A program made the position numbers and the translations under genes. Under the pieces are notes generated by a model. It was not told the DNA's origin and did no database searches. It saw only the letters and a program-made list of their open reading frames with translations. A stretch of DNA of 64,000 nucleotides from assembly GCA_003345545.1 (NCBI GenBank), contig PRDH01000035.1, forward strand, positions 1-64,000, given 5' to 3'. The DNA comes from Candidatus Thorarchaeota archaeon. Lineage in GTDB: Archaea > Asgardarchaeota > Thorarchaeia > Thorarchaeales > Thorarchaeaceae. Positions 47,890 through 57,888 of the stretch are shown in pieces. The number at the start of each line of letters is the position of its first letter. Positions within the stretch are counted from its first letter, which is position 1.

Positions 47890-49179
47890 TCATTCGATTT
47901 CAGGGGTCTGCCTTGCAGCAGCGACCTCGTGACTCCCTTGAGGGGCGGCTTCCTTAAGGAAGTATGTTCCGATGCATGCCACTGAGATTAGGATTATGAC
48001 CAGGATGGCCAGACCCGGGAAGAGACCTCCCAATGAATAGGCAAACTCAGCAGCGAGTGGACCGATGATCATTCCAGACCCGAAGAAGATGCTGTATACG
48101 CCCATTGTACTGCCTCGCGCTTCTGCACTAGATATGTCCGTGAGATATGCCATTGCTGCAGGTGGAAATGAGCCTGCAATAAAACCGAGCGCAGGCAACA
48201 GAGGCCATAGTCCCGAGGTCCAGAGAGTATCGAAAGACTCAGCATTGGCGACAAGCAGGTAGGCCAGGGCGCCAAAGCCTATGAGGCCAAACACGATGAA
48301 CGGTCTTCTCTTCATAACTCGGTCTGATAGATGTCCCATGATGACTATGCCAAGAAACAATGACACTCCAAGCATCGCAAAGAGAAGAACCATATCAGCA
48401 GCAGTTATATCGAAGTAGACCTCGATGATTTGTTTCGTCTTCGATATCACCAGGCCATACAATGAGATAATGGGCACATAGACTGGAAGCATTAGTTGGA
48501 CTCGCCTATCAGCGGCAACCTTTTTGAGGAGTGCTATGACGCTGACATCCCTGCGTGATACGACTCGTGTTTCCTTGATTAGAAACAACGTCACTAGTCC
48601 TGTCACAGCACATGCTCCAGCGGCAGCAAACAGAAGAAGTGTCGGAGTGATGACAATTTCAAGAATGAACGTCCCGATATTCAGACTGATGGTCCCGACC
48701 TCCAGCAGAATGATACCGAGACCGAAGCCGCCTGCAAGTCCAGCCAGAGTAGAGAGATCGAAGTAGCCCATCAGTCTAGCTCTGTTCTCCTCCGAAGAGC
48801 AGTCCGCAATAATGGAGAGTGTAGTGGTCACTTGAGAGGCAGCGCCAATCCCAAAGAAACCGGCTAGGATGAGTGCAAGGACTCCCATGGTGGCAACACC
48901 GAATAGGAATGAGGCTAGTCCTGTGATGAAGAGACTTGCGACAAGAATCGGTTTCCTCCCAATCTTATCGCTGTATGATCCAAAGAATGAAACCGTGCTC
49001 AGTTCTGTCAGGGGATAAATTGCCAGCACCGCTGCGACACCCCAACCCGTCAATGCTCCTCCCATGTACACACTACTGGAGATAACAGCAATTGTGACAT
49101 AGAATGATGCGCGCATGATCAATGTCACAAGATAGAGCAGAATCAGAGTCATTGCATGACCGGATTTTCGTAGTCCCAT
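47890..49179 (-). CDS. MFS transporter
   Basis: GSYSDKIGRK and GHLSDRVMKRR motif A; about 12 TM. Confidence 0.93.
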   Translation of the reverse strand: MGLRKSGHAMTLILLYLVTLIMRASFYVTIAVISSSVYMGGALTGWGVAAVLAIYPLTELSTVSFFGSYSDKIGRKPILVASLFITGLASFLFGVATMGVLALILAGFFGIGAASQVTTTLSIIADCSSEENRARLMGYFDLSTLAGLAGGFGLGIILLEVGTISLNIGTFILEIVITPTLLLFAAAGACAVTGLVTLFLIKETRVVSRRDVSVIALLKKVAADRRVQLMLPVYVPIISLYGLVISKTKQIIEVYFDITAADMVLLFAMLGVSLFLGIVIMGHLSDRVMKRRPFIVFGLIGFGALAYLLVANAESFDTLWTSGLWPLLPALGFIAGSFPPAAMAYLTDISSAEARGSTMGVYSIFFGSGMIIGPLAAEFAYSLGGLFPGLAILVIILISVACIGTYFLKEAAPQGSHEVAAARQTPEIE

Positions 49180-49380
49180 CTAGATGCACTCCGTGTTTGT
49201 CGTGGCTCAACCTGTGTATCCTCTTTTATAAGCTATGCAGGTGCAAGGGACGTACTATGACATCTGGTAGAGTTCCCGAGGAAGTTGGTGCTTCCACGAC
49301 TTGCTGTTTTCTAGTACAGATGTCAATATCACGAAGAGTTTAAATCGCACCTTCATCGGTTGCTCTGTGAGGTCAATAGG

Positions 49381-50151
49381 GTGAGCTGGGTCGCCAAGAT
49401 AATCAAGGGAACTCCTGACGAGTTTGTTCATGCAAAATTAGTCAAGTATGGACTAGGGTCTCATCCAGGTCCAAGAGCACGGATAACCCTGAGCAAGCCG
49501 AGCATCAAGTTCAAGGCTGACCTCGACCAAGAGAAAGCGTTTTTGAAATGTTACGTGTTGGGTGCTCCTTCTGGTCAACATAAGATCAAAGGTACTATCA
49601 TAACTTACTCGGATAGAAGACCCCAGTTTGGAAAAATGATGATGCCGATTTCTTGGGACAAATCGAAGGGCAAGGGCACACCTGTCTTTAGGGCAAAAGT
49701 CGATGAGTCTGCTCCTCTGGAGGACATCAAGGCTCTCTTCAGCATCGACGATCCGACGACTTTCTACCTTCTCTCGCTCAATCCCAAAGATGGCACGAAA
49801 CCTTGGAAGATACAGACTAAGACATCATTCCCGAAGGGTGGCCCTGCAGAAGAAGATGAGGAATCCGTATCAAAAGATCCTGTATTCTCCACTGGGTCAC
49901 TTGGAAACAGCCCCGTAACTCTTGACTTCATCATGGACAGCTACATACCAGATCTGCGTGGCAAGATTGGACCCAAGACCAAGGATATCTGGATTAGGAA
50001 CAGCTTTGAAATCCGGGAAATCAAGATTCCCGATGACCCGAAACTGTCTTTTACTGAACAACGCAGGTTCGCCAAAAAGCGTGGGAAGTTGATTCGTGAA
50101 GTGACAATCGATGGAGAGGACTTTGTAACGGAGTATGAATTCCTTGCATGA
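49381..50151 (+). CDS. Hypothetical basic protein
   Basis: Long ORF preceded by a TATA-like tttaaat; Lys-rich. Confidence 0.7.
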   Translation: MSWVAKIIKGTPDEFVHAKLVKYGLGSHPGPRARITLSKPSIKFKADLDQEKAFLKCYVLGAPSGQHKIKGTIITYSDRRPQFGKMMMPISWDKSKGKGTPVFRAKVDESAPLEDIKALFSIDDPTTFYLLSLNPKDGTKPWKIQTKTSFPKGGPAEEDEESVSKDPVFSTGSLGNSPVTLDFIMDSYIPDLRGKIGPKTKDIWIRNSFEIREIKIPDDPKLSFTEQRRFAKKRGKLIREVTIDGEDFVTEYEFLA

Positions 50152-50217
50152 TAACTTGACCGAGCACTTTAAATTACTCATCAAAGCGACCCCTGTAGAA
50201 ACAACGAGGCGATAGAC

Positions 50218-50418
50218 ATGCTCCAGAACTTTGAAAGCACGATTTTTCTCTTTTCGTTAGTATTCCTGTTCTTCGGGATATTCGCCTTTGGCTGGCTTGT
50301 CGTCCACATTGAGCGTGGTCGCCACTTCTCGCGGCTCAGGGTCCTCTCTGCCCTATGCCTCGGTGCAATCCTAGTTGGCTTCGGAATACATTTCCTGCTG
50401 CTGTCCATGGGAATATAG
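50218..50418 (+). CDS. Small 2-TM membrane protein
   Basis: gaggcg before the ATG; two hydrophobic helices. Confidence 0.7.
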   Translation: MLQNFESTIFLFSLVFLFFGIFAFGWLVVHIERGRHFSRLRVLSALCLGAILVGFGIHFLLLSMGI

Positions 50419-50549
50419 AAAGGCAACCCTTGCAGGAGAATTCGACCCGGAACCTATGCACAAACAATTGTTATTTAGACACTTGATATTTTGAGTGCTG
50501 TTAGTCGTAGTGGACAGCAGACACGATTTGTATGTGAGGAATTCCTACC

Positions 50550-51740
50550 ATGTTGCCTGAGATCGACATTCAGAAGCTCGCAATGGAGAGTCGCCAAAGG
50601 CTAATAGAGGAATTCACAGATACCTATGCCAATCTAAGAGAGCGCGTAAAGCGTGTTCCTGAAGCAGAAGCACGAAAGATCTCTGAGGGGCTCTCTTGCC
50701 CTCTTGAGGTCGCCATGGTTGCCTACCTCATCAATATGGATGGAATCATAGGTCTCCGCTCTGCAGTGGATCTCTTCACCACAGAATTAGGACGTCGCGC
50801 CAGTGTTGCTGAAGATGTACCAAACTTGCCTGGTAACGTGATGGAGTTCGCACTTAGTGAGGGTAGATGGATTTCGCACCTCTATGGACGATTTTCTAGG
50901 CAGCTGGAGTTGCAGGGTCGAAGTCTAGCGAATCTTGAAGATGTGATTGATTCAAAGAACATGGAAGTTGAAAAAGCGCTCTCAATCATTGCTGAACGTA
51001 CCAAACTTGCAGAAACTATCATTTCACCCATTCTCGAAGAGTGGATCAAAGAGCATCCAAAGTCTATCAGCGTCGATGCATTGACAGCATTCGGACAAGC
51101 AATTACGAAGTGGAATCGAGCCACTCTCAATGGGAAGTTCAAACAGGTCCTTCGACGGAATCAGGCTCACTTTCGATTGATACGAGAGTCATTGATAGGA
51201 GTCACGGACTCATTCACTATTGACGCATCATTGGCACGTCTCGACGCTCTTATTGATGAACTCGGACAACCGCTTGAGAGACTTCCACTCAGGGCAGTGG
51301 CACATTTCCTCATTCATCTCATACCCCGTCCCATAAGCGGACGGGGTGACCGGTCACCCTTTGTGGATGTCGGTGTCAGTTCGACCAGAGGCAATAAGGC
51401 TGAACCTGATTTGGTGTCTCCTTTTGATTTTCTGGAACGCGACGTGAAGCTCGCCAGAAGAAGAAAGGGCGACGAACGAGCAGAATACTTGTCGGAGCAA
51501 ATTGGTCGTGTTATTAGAGTCCTGAAATATCAAGGTAATGACTTAACGGCTTGTGTTGAGAAATGCCTCAATGAGATCAAAGGACGATTCAAACTCGAAG
51601 ATGTTCCTCTCGACAATGTGATCTCCTCTGCAAAAGTACAGATATCCGAAGCTCCACTATCCGAACGCGATACGCTCACCATCAAGATAGTGCATGATTT
51701 CGTCGACGCCCACATATATGAGGAGGATTCAATGCATTGA
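50550..51740 (+). CDS. Hypothetical helical protein
   Basis: 396-aa ORF with SD gagga; overlaps the next gene by 4 bp. Confidence 0.8.
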   Translation: MLPEIDIQKLAMESRQRLIEEFTDTYANLRERVKRVPEAEARKISEGLSCPLEVAMVAYLINMDGIIGLRSAVDLFTTELGRRASVAEDVPNLPGNVMEFALSEGRWISHLYGRFSRQLELQGRSLANLEDVIDSKNMEVEKALSIIAERTKLAETIISPILEEWIKEHPKSISVDALTAFGQAITKWNRATLNGKFKQVLRRNQAHFRLIRESLIGVTDSFTIDASLARLDALIDELGQPLERLPLRAVAHFLIHLIPRPISGRGDRSPFVDVGVSSTRGNKAEPDLVSPFDFLERDVKLARRRKGDERAEYLSEQIGRVIRVLKYQGNDLTACVEKCLNEIKGRFKLEDVPLDNVISSAKVQISEAPLSERDTLTIKIVHDFVDAHIYEEDSMH

Positions 51741-52510
51741 AGGAGAAGACTCCTCTCTATTGGCTAATCAATATCGAGACGTACGACTTCAGTGTAGATG
51801 CATTTCGTGGTGCTGACCTATCTGGTACTGCACTTATCCTCTCAACACAGTTATGGTCCATAATACGTGAAACGGAAGTCTACTCGGTCTTGATTGGACC
51901 TGGCATTTTCCTGGGCACCGCGAGAAAAGGAAACATCAATATTGCAGTACAGGAATTCATCTCTGCTCTCATGTTCGATCCAACACAACTTCGGCTTGAT
52001 GAGCCTCTCCCTCAGGTAGACATAGTGACGCCTGAGGTCATCGACCCTTTAGGGACGGGAAGACAAGATGAGATTGTCACTCTGATTCGAAATCTCGTAA
52101 TTGAGCGAGGAAATGTTCTTGCAGGAGATGCGCTTGCAAAAATCAGAGTCGAGGCAGGCATACCTCAAACTCTGTACTATCAGGAGATGTTCAAGCGCAT
52201 TAAGGTCTCTCATGTATCCGGCGAACAACGTGCAAGATTCATTCTTGGTGGTACGAGCGGCCATATCTATCGCCCCTTCATTGAGAATTTTCCCCGACTC
52301 CGACAGCAGCGTACTGAACTCTCAAAGGTGTTTGCAGCTCCGTTTCATCGATTTGCAGGCTTCTCCGATATCGAGGTCATGACTGACTGGATGATTGTTG
52401 AGAAGGCCGGCGAGGACTCCAAGACTGGCATGGACGCCTTTGCGGATGAATACCGAGACACGCTTGACCTAGTTGAGAAGAATAAAGAGAAGTTCATTTT
52501 CGAATTGTGA
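51737..52510 (+). CDS. Hypothetical protein
   Basis: 257-aa ORF with SD gaggagg; coupled to the upstream gene. Confidence 0.78.
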   Translation: MKEKTPLYWLINIETYDFSVDAFRGADLSGTALILSTQLWSIIRETEVYSVLIGPGIFLGTARKGNINIAVQEFISALMFDPTQLRLDEPLPQVDIVTPEVIDPLGTGRQDEIVTLIRNLVIERGNVLAGDALAKIRVEAGIPQTLYYQEMFKRIKVSHVSGEQRARFILGGTSGHIYRPFIENFPRLRQQRTELSKVFAAPFHRFAGFSDIEVMTDWMIVEKAGEDSKTGMDAFADEYRDTLDLVEKNKEKFIFEL

Positions 52511-52561
52511 GAACCACAAGTGTCTTCTAGGTTAGAGATTTCTCAATCCTGAGGTAGTTGA

Positions 52562-55198
52562 TTGGAAGTAGCTGATGCTGACGTTCAAAAACGGCTCTTG
52601 AAACCCTATGTGCTTGTCTTTAGGGCCGCTAAGCAAGACATGGCGACCAGAGTCGATGTGTTCTCGGATGAGCTAAGGGACCGTCAGCGTTCAGTATTAG
52701 GTGGCATGATAGAATTCGGATACCGAGCTTCCGAGATGCTGGAGGTTAATCGATTCTGGTTTATCAAATACAACAAACCTCTCTACTATCAACCCAAAGA
52801 AGCCAATGAGATTCTGAGAAAGGCAAAGAGTATAATCATTCCAAAGGAGCTGACACCTGGATTCCTTGGAGACCTGAAGACTTTTCTTGAGCGGATTGGC
52901 GCATCGAATGCGAGAGTCGTTCCAACCTGCCAACATTGCCTGCGCGATGACAAGCTCACAATTCTGACTAGAAGAAATGTTGTGAAGCTGACTGCAGAAC
53001 AGGTGACCTGTTTGTCGTGCGCTCAAGCTGATCTCAAGACTGAGTTGAAGACTCTTGGCATCAATATGTCTCGGGCAATGATGAATCAGTTGGAACGGCA
53101 AGTATCACGCGTAAAATCCATTCCTCGTCTTCTAGAGATGCTGACACCTGGATTCGATCCAACCGCAGAACCTGACCTCACACTCATTGACACAGTCGTT
53201 GCTCAGGATGTAGGCACAAAGAAAGACATCGAGGAACTCCCAATCCCGGACGAATTCAAGAAGGTACTCAGAGAAGCTGGATTGGAAGTACTTCTACCCA
53301 TTCAGCGGAAGACTGTTGACTCAGGTCTCTTGAAAAACGCCTCACTCCTGATCGTGTCCTCCACGTCATCGGGAAAGACCCTCTTGGGTGAACTTGCAGG
53401 AATTCCCAAGGCCATGCAGGGCAAGAGGATGGTGTACATGTCGCCCCTTGTTGCATTGACAAACGAGAAGTATGAGCTATTCAGAAAGAGATATCGTACG
53501 CTTGGCCTGCGCACAGGTATCAAAGTTGGTATGTCACGTCTTGATGTGGGAAACGAGGGGAAACCAATTGTCGATACTGACATCAGCAAGGCCGATATCA
53601 TCTGTGCTACATATGAAGCATTGGACTTGCTCTTTCGTTCTGGAAGTACGAGCGATCTTGGTAACGTGGGCACCGTAATCATTGATGAGATTCAGAACCT
53701 TGCAGATCCTGAGCGGGGCCCTGAACTCGATGGCCTTCTCACGCGGATGCGCTTGCACTACCCTAGGGCACAATACATCGCGCTCTCAGCTACAGTCGGC
53801 TCACCAGCAGCATTGGCAAAGGAACTTGGCTTCAAGCTTGTTAACTTTGAAGGACGCCCAGTTCCTTTGGAGAAGCATCTTATCTTCGCGAGAAGTGATG
53901 AAGACAAGTGGTCTATCATCCGTCGTCTTGTCAGCCATGAGTTCAAACACACAAGTACATTCGGAAACAAGGGACAGTCCATTATATTCACATACTCGCG
54001 ACGGCGTGCTCAGAATCTGAATGATTGGCTCCGTGAACAACACGTATCGTCTACTGTCTATCACGGAGGACTTCCATACAACCAGAGGAGAGGAATCGAA
54101 AGAGCATATGACAGACAGAAGTTCGCATGTGTTGTTACAACAGCGGCTCTGGGAGCTGGCGTGGACCTACCTGCATCTCTGGTGATCTTTGAAACCCTCG
54201 CAATGGGCGCGGATTGGCTGTCAAATGCCGAATTTGAACAGATGTTGGGTCGTGCCGGCCGTCTCGGCAAACATGACCGCGGCAAGGTATATGTTATAGT
54301 TCAGCCTGAGCGGAAATATCATAGTGGACAAGATGGCACCGAGGATGAAGTAGCGGTGCGTCTACTCAATGGAATAATCGAGGACGTTGAGCCATTTGCT
54401 GATAAGGAAGCGAGTGCCGAACAGATTCTAGCGACCATATGCTCTACCGGTCTGGTGGACTTGAAGTCAATTGCACGAGCGTACAAGAGCATGCTTTCGA
54501 TGTCCGTGCCTCCATCTGACGCTCTGAAGCATCTAGTCAAGACCCACATGATTCGAGTGAAGGAAGGAGGCGCATATCCGACAGAGCTTGGTCGTGCAAC
54601 TTCACTCTCCTTCTTGACCCCAAGCATGGGTCTGGAGGTCACGAAACTCACGGCCTCGTATGATGTCTTAGATATCGCGTTGATGCTCGAACCGTTTGAG
54701 AACATTTACCTGAGTAACAAACTGCAGGAAGAGATTAACTCCGCCTTCAGGACACACATGCCCACTCGACTGTTCTCAGGTGTATTTGGAGAGATAAGCA
54801 GTCTGACCAAACCGGGCAGCGGAGCAGGAAGACTGCCTCAGTGGGTCTTTGAGGTCTTCAGCAAATGGACCATTGCATTCTTCAATTGTGGCTGTCGCGA
54901 TTTTCCGGAGTGTGACCACGGGAAGGTAAAATTGGGACGCTGGCTAGTTGAGAGGAGACATGAGGGCTACAATCCATCCGGACTGGCTGACAGACTTGAA
55001 AGGGAATTTGAACTATGGGCATACCCCGGTGATCTTTTTTCCTGGCTTGACTCGCTTATTCATAGTCTGAAGGCAGTACAGCGGATTGCTGACGTCGCTG
55101 GCAAGACCGATCTCAGTGAGGAGATTGATAGCCAGATTGCGAGAATCGAACGACCTCTAGAGCATCAAGAGGTCGAGCAGAAGACAACTACGACGTAA
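52562..55198 (+). CDS. Archaeal Ski2-like DEAD/DEAH helicase (ASH-Ski2/DUF5814 type)
   Basis: N-terminal CQHC..CLSC, STSSGKT, DEIQ, LSAT, QMLGRAGR and C-terminal FFNCGCRDFPECDH..YPGD. Confidence 0.88.
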   Translation: MEVADADVQKRLLKPYVLVFRAAKQDMATRVDVFSDELRDRQRSVLGGMIEFGYRASEMLEVNRFWFIKYNKPLYYQPKEANEILRKAKSIIIPKELTPGFLGDLKTFLERIGASNARVVPTCQHCLRDDKLTILTRRNVVKLTAEQVTCLSCAQADLKTELKTLGINMSRAMMNQLERQVSRVKSIPRLLEMLTPGFDPTAEPDLTLIDTVVAQDVGTKKDIEELPIPDEFKKVLREAGLEVLLPIQRKTVDSGLLKNASLLIVSSTSSGKTLLGELAGIPKAMQGKRMVYMSPLVALTNEKYELFRKRYRTLGLRTGIKVGMSRLDVGNEGKPIVDTDISKADIICATYEALDLLFRSGSTSDLGNVGTVIIDEIQNLADPERGPELDGLLTRMRLHYPRAQYIALSATVGSPAALAKELGFKLVNFEGRPVPLEKHLIFARSDEDKWSIIRRLVSHEFKHTSTFGNKGQSIIFTYSRRRAQNLNDWLREQHVSSTVYHGGLPYNQRRGIERAYDRQKFACVVTTAALGAGVDLPASLVIFETLAMGADWLSNAEFEQMLGRAGRLGKHDRGKVYVIVQPERKYHSGQDGTEDEVAVRLLNGIIEDVEPFADKEASAEQILATICSTGLVDLKSIARAYKSMLSMSVPPSDALKHLVKTHMIRVKEGGAYPTELGRATSLSFLTPSMGLEVTKLTASYDVLDIALMLEPFENIYLSNKLQEEINSAFRTHMPTRLFSGVFGEISSLTKPGSGAGRLPQWVFEVFSKWTIAFFNCGCRDFPECDHGKVKLGRWLVERRHEGYNPSGLADRLEREFELWAYPGDLFSWLDSLIHSLKAVQRIADVAGKTDLSEEIDSQIARIERPLEHQEVEQKTTTT

Positions 55199-55448
55199 GG
55201 TTGTCTTTCTCTACCTCGAAGAGAACTCTGATATTGCCCACAAGTTCGGGGGGCATAGAATCAATGTTGAGGTCTATCCATTTGTGAAGGTCTCGTCTGA
55301 TTGACTCTTTGTCTTCCAGAGGTATAGGCAGTTCAGAACGGTCCTCTGATACCAACTGAAAATGCGAACATCCGCAACTACATTCGCCGTCAAGGACCAT
55401 ATCGATATCTACCGTGCTCTTGCCACAATTCCTGCAGATGAAGATCAT
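55188..55448 (-). CDS. Small Zn-ribbon protein (DUF2072/OapC-like N-terminus)
   Basis: MIFICRNCG...LDGECSCGCSHFQL. Confidence 0.7.
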   Translation of the reverse strand: MIFICRNCGKSTVDIDMVLDGECSCGCSHFQLVSEDRSELPIPLEDKESIRRDLHKWIDLNIDSMPPELVGNIRVLFEVEKDNLTS

Positions 55449-55576
55449 ATCTGATAGTCTCCTCAAGCTATGTGATTTCATGAGTCTATGAGCCTTGGTA
55501 TCGCTTGTGTATTACTAGCATACGTAGAGCTAGACTTATTTGGTCAGTATCATGGCAGCATGTCAGGGCCACAAGT

Positions 55577-55834
55577 ATGCCAAAGTCGTGCACAGTCTGT
55601 CGAGAGAAGGCAAAGATTCGCTGTGATAGGTGTCACAACGAGTTTTGTTCAGACCACGCCGTCAAATGCTCTTCTTGCGGAACCATAACCTGTATCCGCG
55701 ACCTTAATCGAAAGGCTCTGTGTCCGACATGCGGCAAGCGTATCGGGCTCTGTCCAGAATGCCTCCTGAATGGCAAGATTGTAAGAATTGTTAAAGGAAG
55801 CAACTATTGCCCGGAATGTGGCTGGAATGGCTAG
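55577..55834 (+). CDS. Small multi-Zn-finger protein
   Basis: Six CxxC pairs plus CxxH in 85 aa (CTVC, CDRC..FCSDH, CSSC, CPTC, CPEC, CPEC). Confidence 0.75.
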   Translation: MPKSCTVCREKAKIRCDRCHNEFCSDHAVKCSSCGTITCIRDLNRKALCPTCGKRIGLCPECLLNGKIVRIVKGSNYCPECGWNG

Positions 55835-56079
55835 AGAAAGAACAGCAGCCAGAGAAGACATAGTATCATCCCGACAATTCCTGCGACCAACCACCCTTTT
55901 CTCCCATAGCCCCATACAATCGGTATTGGTCCCAACAATACAACGCCTCTGCTCTCCATCTTTGGCTCCTCACCCGACTCTGATTTCATCACCGCCAGAA
56001 CAAGTGCGATAATGACACAGAGAATGCCCAGTATGAGGAGAATCCAACCAAGGGCCTGAATGAACCACATCGCCTGCAC
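55831..56079 (-). CDS. DUF131 / TIGR00304 membrane protein
   Basis: Signature GVVLLGPIPIVWG between TM helices. Confidence 0.88.
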   Translation of the reverse strand: MQAMWFIQALGWILLILGILCVIIALVLAVMKSESGEEPKMESRGVVLLGPIPIVWGYGRKGWLVAGIVGMILCLLWLLFFL

Positions 56080-56085
56080 TGTGGT

Positions 56086-56649
56086 TCACCGTCTATCCAA
56101 GGTATTTCCTGGGAGGTTGAACATCATCCTCTCGTATCCGCCTACATCCTCGCCTTCCATCGCCCATAGACTGAGAATGTCTCCATAGATCTCGTATTCG
56201 AGGATAGTTTCAATTTCGGTAATCCTTGTCCCCACGGGAAACCTCCATAGGATCTCGAAATCGTAGGGCGCAGTCTCTTCCTCTACCCAAGTTTCAATCT
56301 TATTCGACCCTTTGTGAAGATGCCCAGCGAAATCAATCAAATATACTACTGCAACCACGTCGGTCGTTCCCTTCAGAAATATGTCACAGTAGTTTACTTT
56401 TGACTTGACATCCATTCCATTGATCTCGACTCGCTCTTTGTCCAGAAAGAACTGCAGGTTCCCTGCAAGTTTCTCTACCTCATCCCCCAGAAGCCTTTCA
56501 TCACGAAGCACCTTCGAATAGTAACGATCCATGTCAAGGTATTCGAAGCACAGTCGTTCGTGGATTTCTCCTGCCGATGAAACTGAGTAGAACGAATCTG
56601 CATGCACCGGCTCTACCATATCGGAACTATCTTCGTTCAGCCCTACCAC
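56086..56649 (-). CDS. Hypothetical acidic protein
   Basis: 187-aa ORF abutting the upstream nuclease gene. Confidence 0.7.
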   Translation of the reverse strand: MVGLNEDSSDMVEPVHADSFYSVSSAGEIHERLCFEYLDMDRYYSKVLRDERLLGDEVEKLAGNLQFFLDKERVEINGMDVKSKVNYCDIFLKGTTDVVAVVYLIDFAGHLHKGSNKIETWVEEETAPYDFEILWRFPVGTRITEIETILEYEIYGDILSLWAMEGEDVGGYERMMFNLPGNTLDRR

Positions 56650-57654
56650 CTACTCTAGCGCTACCGCATTGATACCAGAATCTGACAAATGCTTCGAAAA
56701 CACTCCCGCCCTATCGGTGAATACATACGCCACTCTTGGGTCGACTGACTTGGCAAAATCAAGTAGGCCTTGGAAGTCTGAATGAGCACTCAATGGGAAC
56801 CCTCGCTCTGCAAATTTCGCAAGGGTCCAGCCTGAGAGATTAAACGTGTCTGTGTTTTGCTCAAGTCTATCAATCGATTTCTTGTCGAGCTGGTGTCTTG
56901 CTGTGGCCAAGGTATTGCGAAGTGATGACGTGACCACTACGGCCCCTGACTCCAGGGCTTCAGGCACATTGACAGACTTCATGGTGTAGTGTTTGAGACT
57001 CACGCCATGATTTCCATACACCTTGCAGACCTTGTCAATACTTGTGTTGCCACTTATTACCCTGAATCCTCCGCTCTGCAAGAGAGCGATTGCTTCCTGT
57101 GATTTTCCAAGGGAGTATGCACTGAATACCGGAGTACGCCCCTCAGCTATGGTTTCTGATGCCGCCTGCAGAATACTATCATACACCTTTCTTCTATCTG
57201 GGAAGATCCATGTGGGCTCACCGTAGGTTGCTTCAGTGATGAGGACATCAGCTGCCACGGGTTTCGCTGCTCTGTGAACGAGACTATCGACATTGTTGAA
57301 GTCGCCGGTATAGAGCACTGTGAGTCCATCATTGAACTCTAAGTAGAACATGGCTGAGCCAAGGACATGTCCTGCATTCAACGGAGTTATGTTGACTCCT
57401 ATCTGTCCAAACATGTCATCGATATCTAACACCGTCTTTTTGGCTACTGGCTCAGTACCTCTAGCACTCCATGTATCAAACGTCGCTTGAGTTGCAATGA
57501 TGTCATGTGCGAACCTTAGTCCCCCGATATGATCCGAATGCGGATGTGACAGAAGAGTGGTTTCTCCCTTTATGCCAGTGTCAAATGCCAATCTGACATC
57601 CCCATATCGGAGAAAAACCCCTGATCCGATTTTCTTCACATCGAGTGTTGACAT
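56650..57654 (-). CDS. MBL-fold beta-CASP nuclease
   Basis: SHPHSDH, NAGHVLGS, YTGDF, EATYG, YSLGKSQE and LSAHSDF. Likely start MSTLDVKK. Confidence 0.9.
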   Translation of the reverse strand: MSTLDVKKIGSGVFLRYGDVRLAFDTGIKGETTLLSHPHSDHIGGLRFAHDIIATQATFDTWSARGTEPVAKKTVLDIDDMFGQIGVNITPLNAGHVLGSAMFYLEFNDGLTVLYTGDFNNVDSLVHRAAKPVAADVLITEATYGEPTWIFPDRRKVYDSILQAASETIAEGRTPVFSAYSLGKSQEAIALLQSGGFRVISGNTSIDKVCKVYGNHGVSLKHYTMKSVNVPEALESGAVVVTSSLRNTLATARHQLDKKSIDRLEQNTDTFNLSGWTLAKFAERGFPLSAHSDFQGLLDFAKSVDPRVAYVFTDRAGVFSKHLSDSGINAVALE

Positions 57655-57888
57655 GGGACGACCACTTTTGATAGAACAGTGCGACACAAAAGGGTTTCCG
57701 CCTGTCTTGGCAGATGGCTGTTCTCTGATCAGTGTCATTAGCTGTCTCTTAAGAGACCCACTCATTTGCGTATGAGCGTCTGATGATTCGATGGAGTAAT
57801 CATTGTTGTGTCCGGTATTGCAGGTGTTGCTGTTGTCCTCAGTGTTGTTTCGAGAAGAAGGCATTGACACAATGGAAAACGAACTCTC

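Noticed and set aside
57655-57870. N-terminal extension of the beta-CASP ORF
   Set aside because: Low-complexity and not part of the MBL fold; the likely start is 57654.
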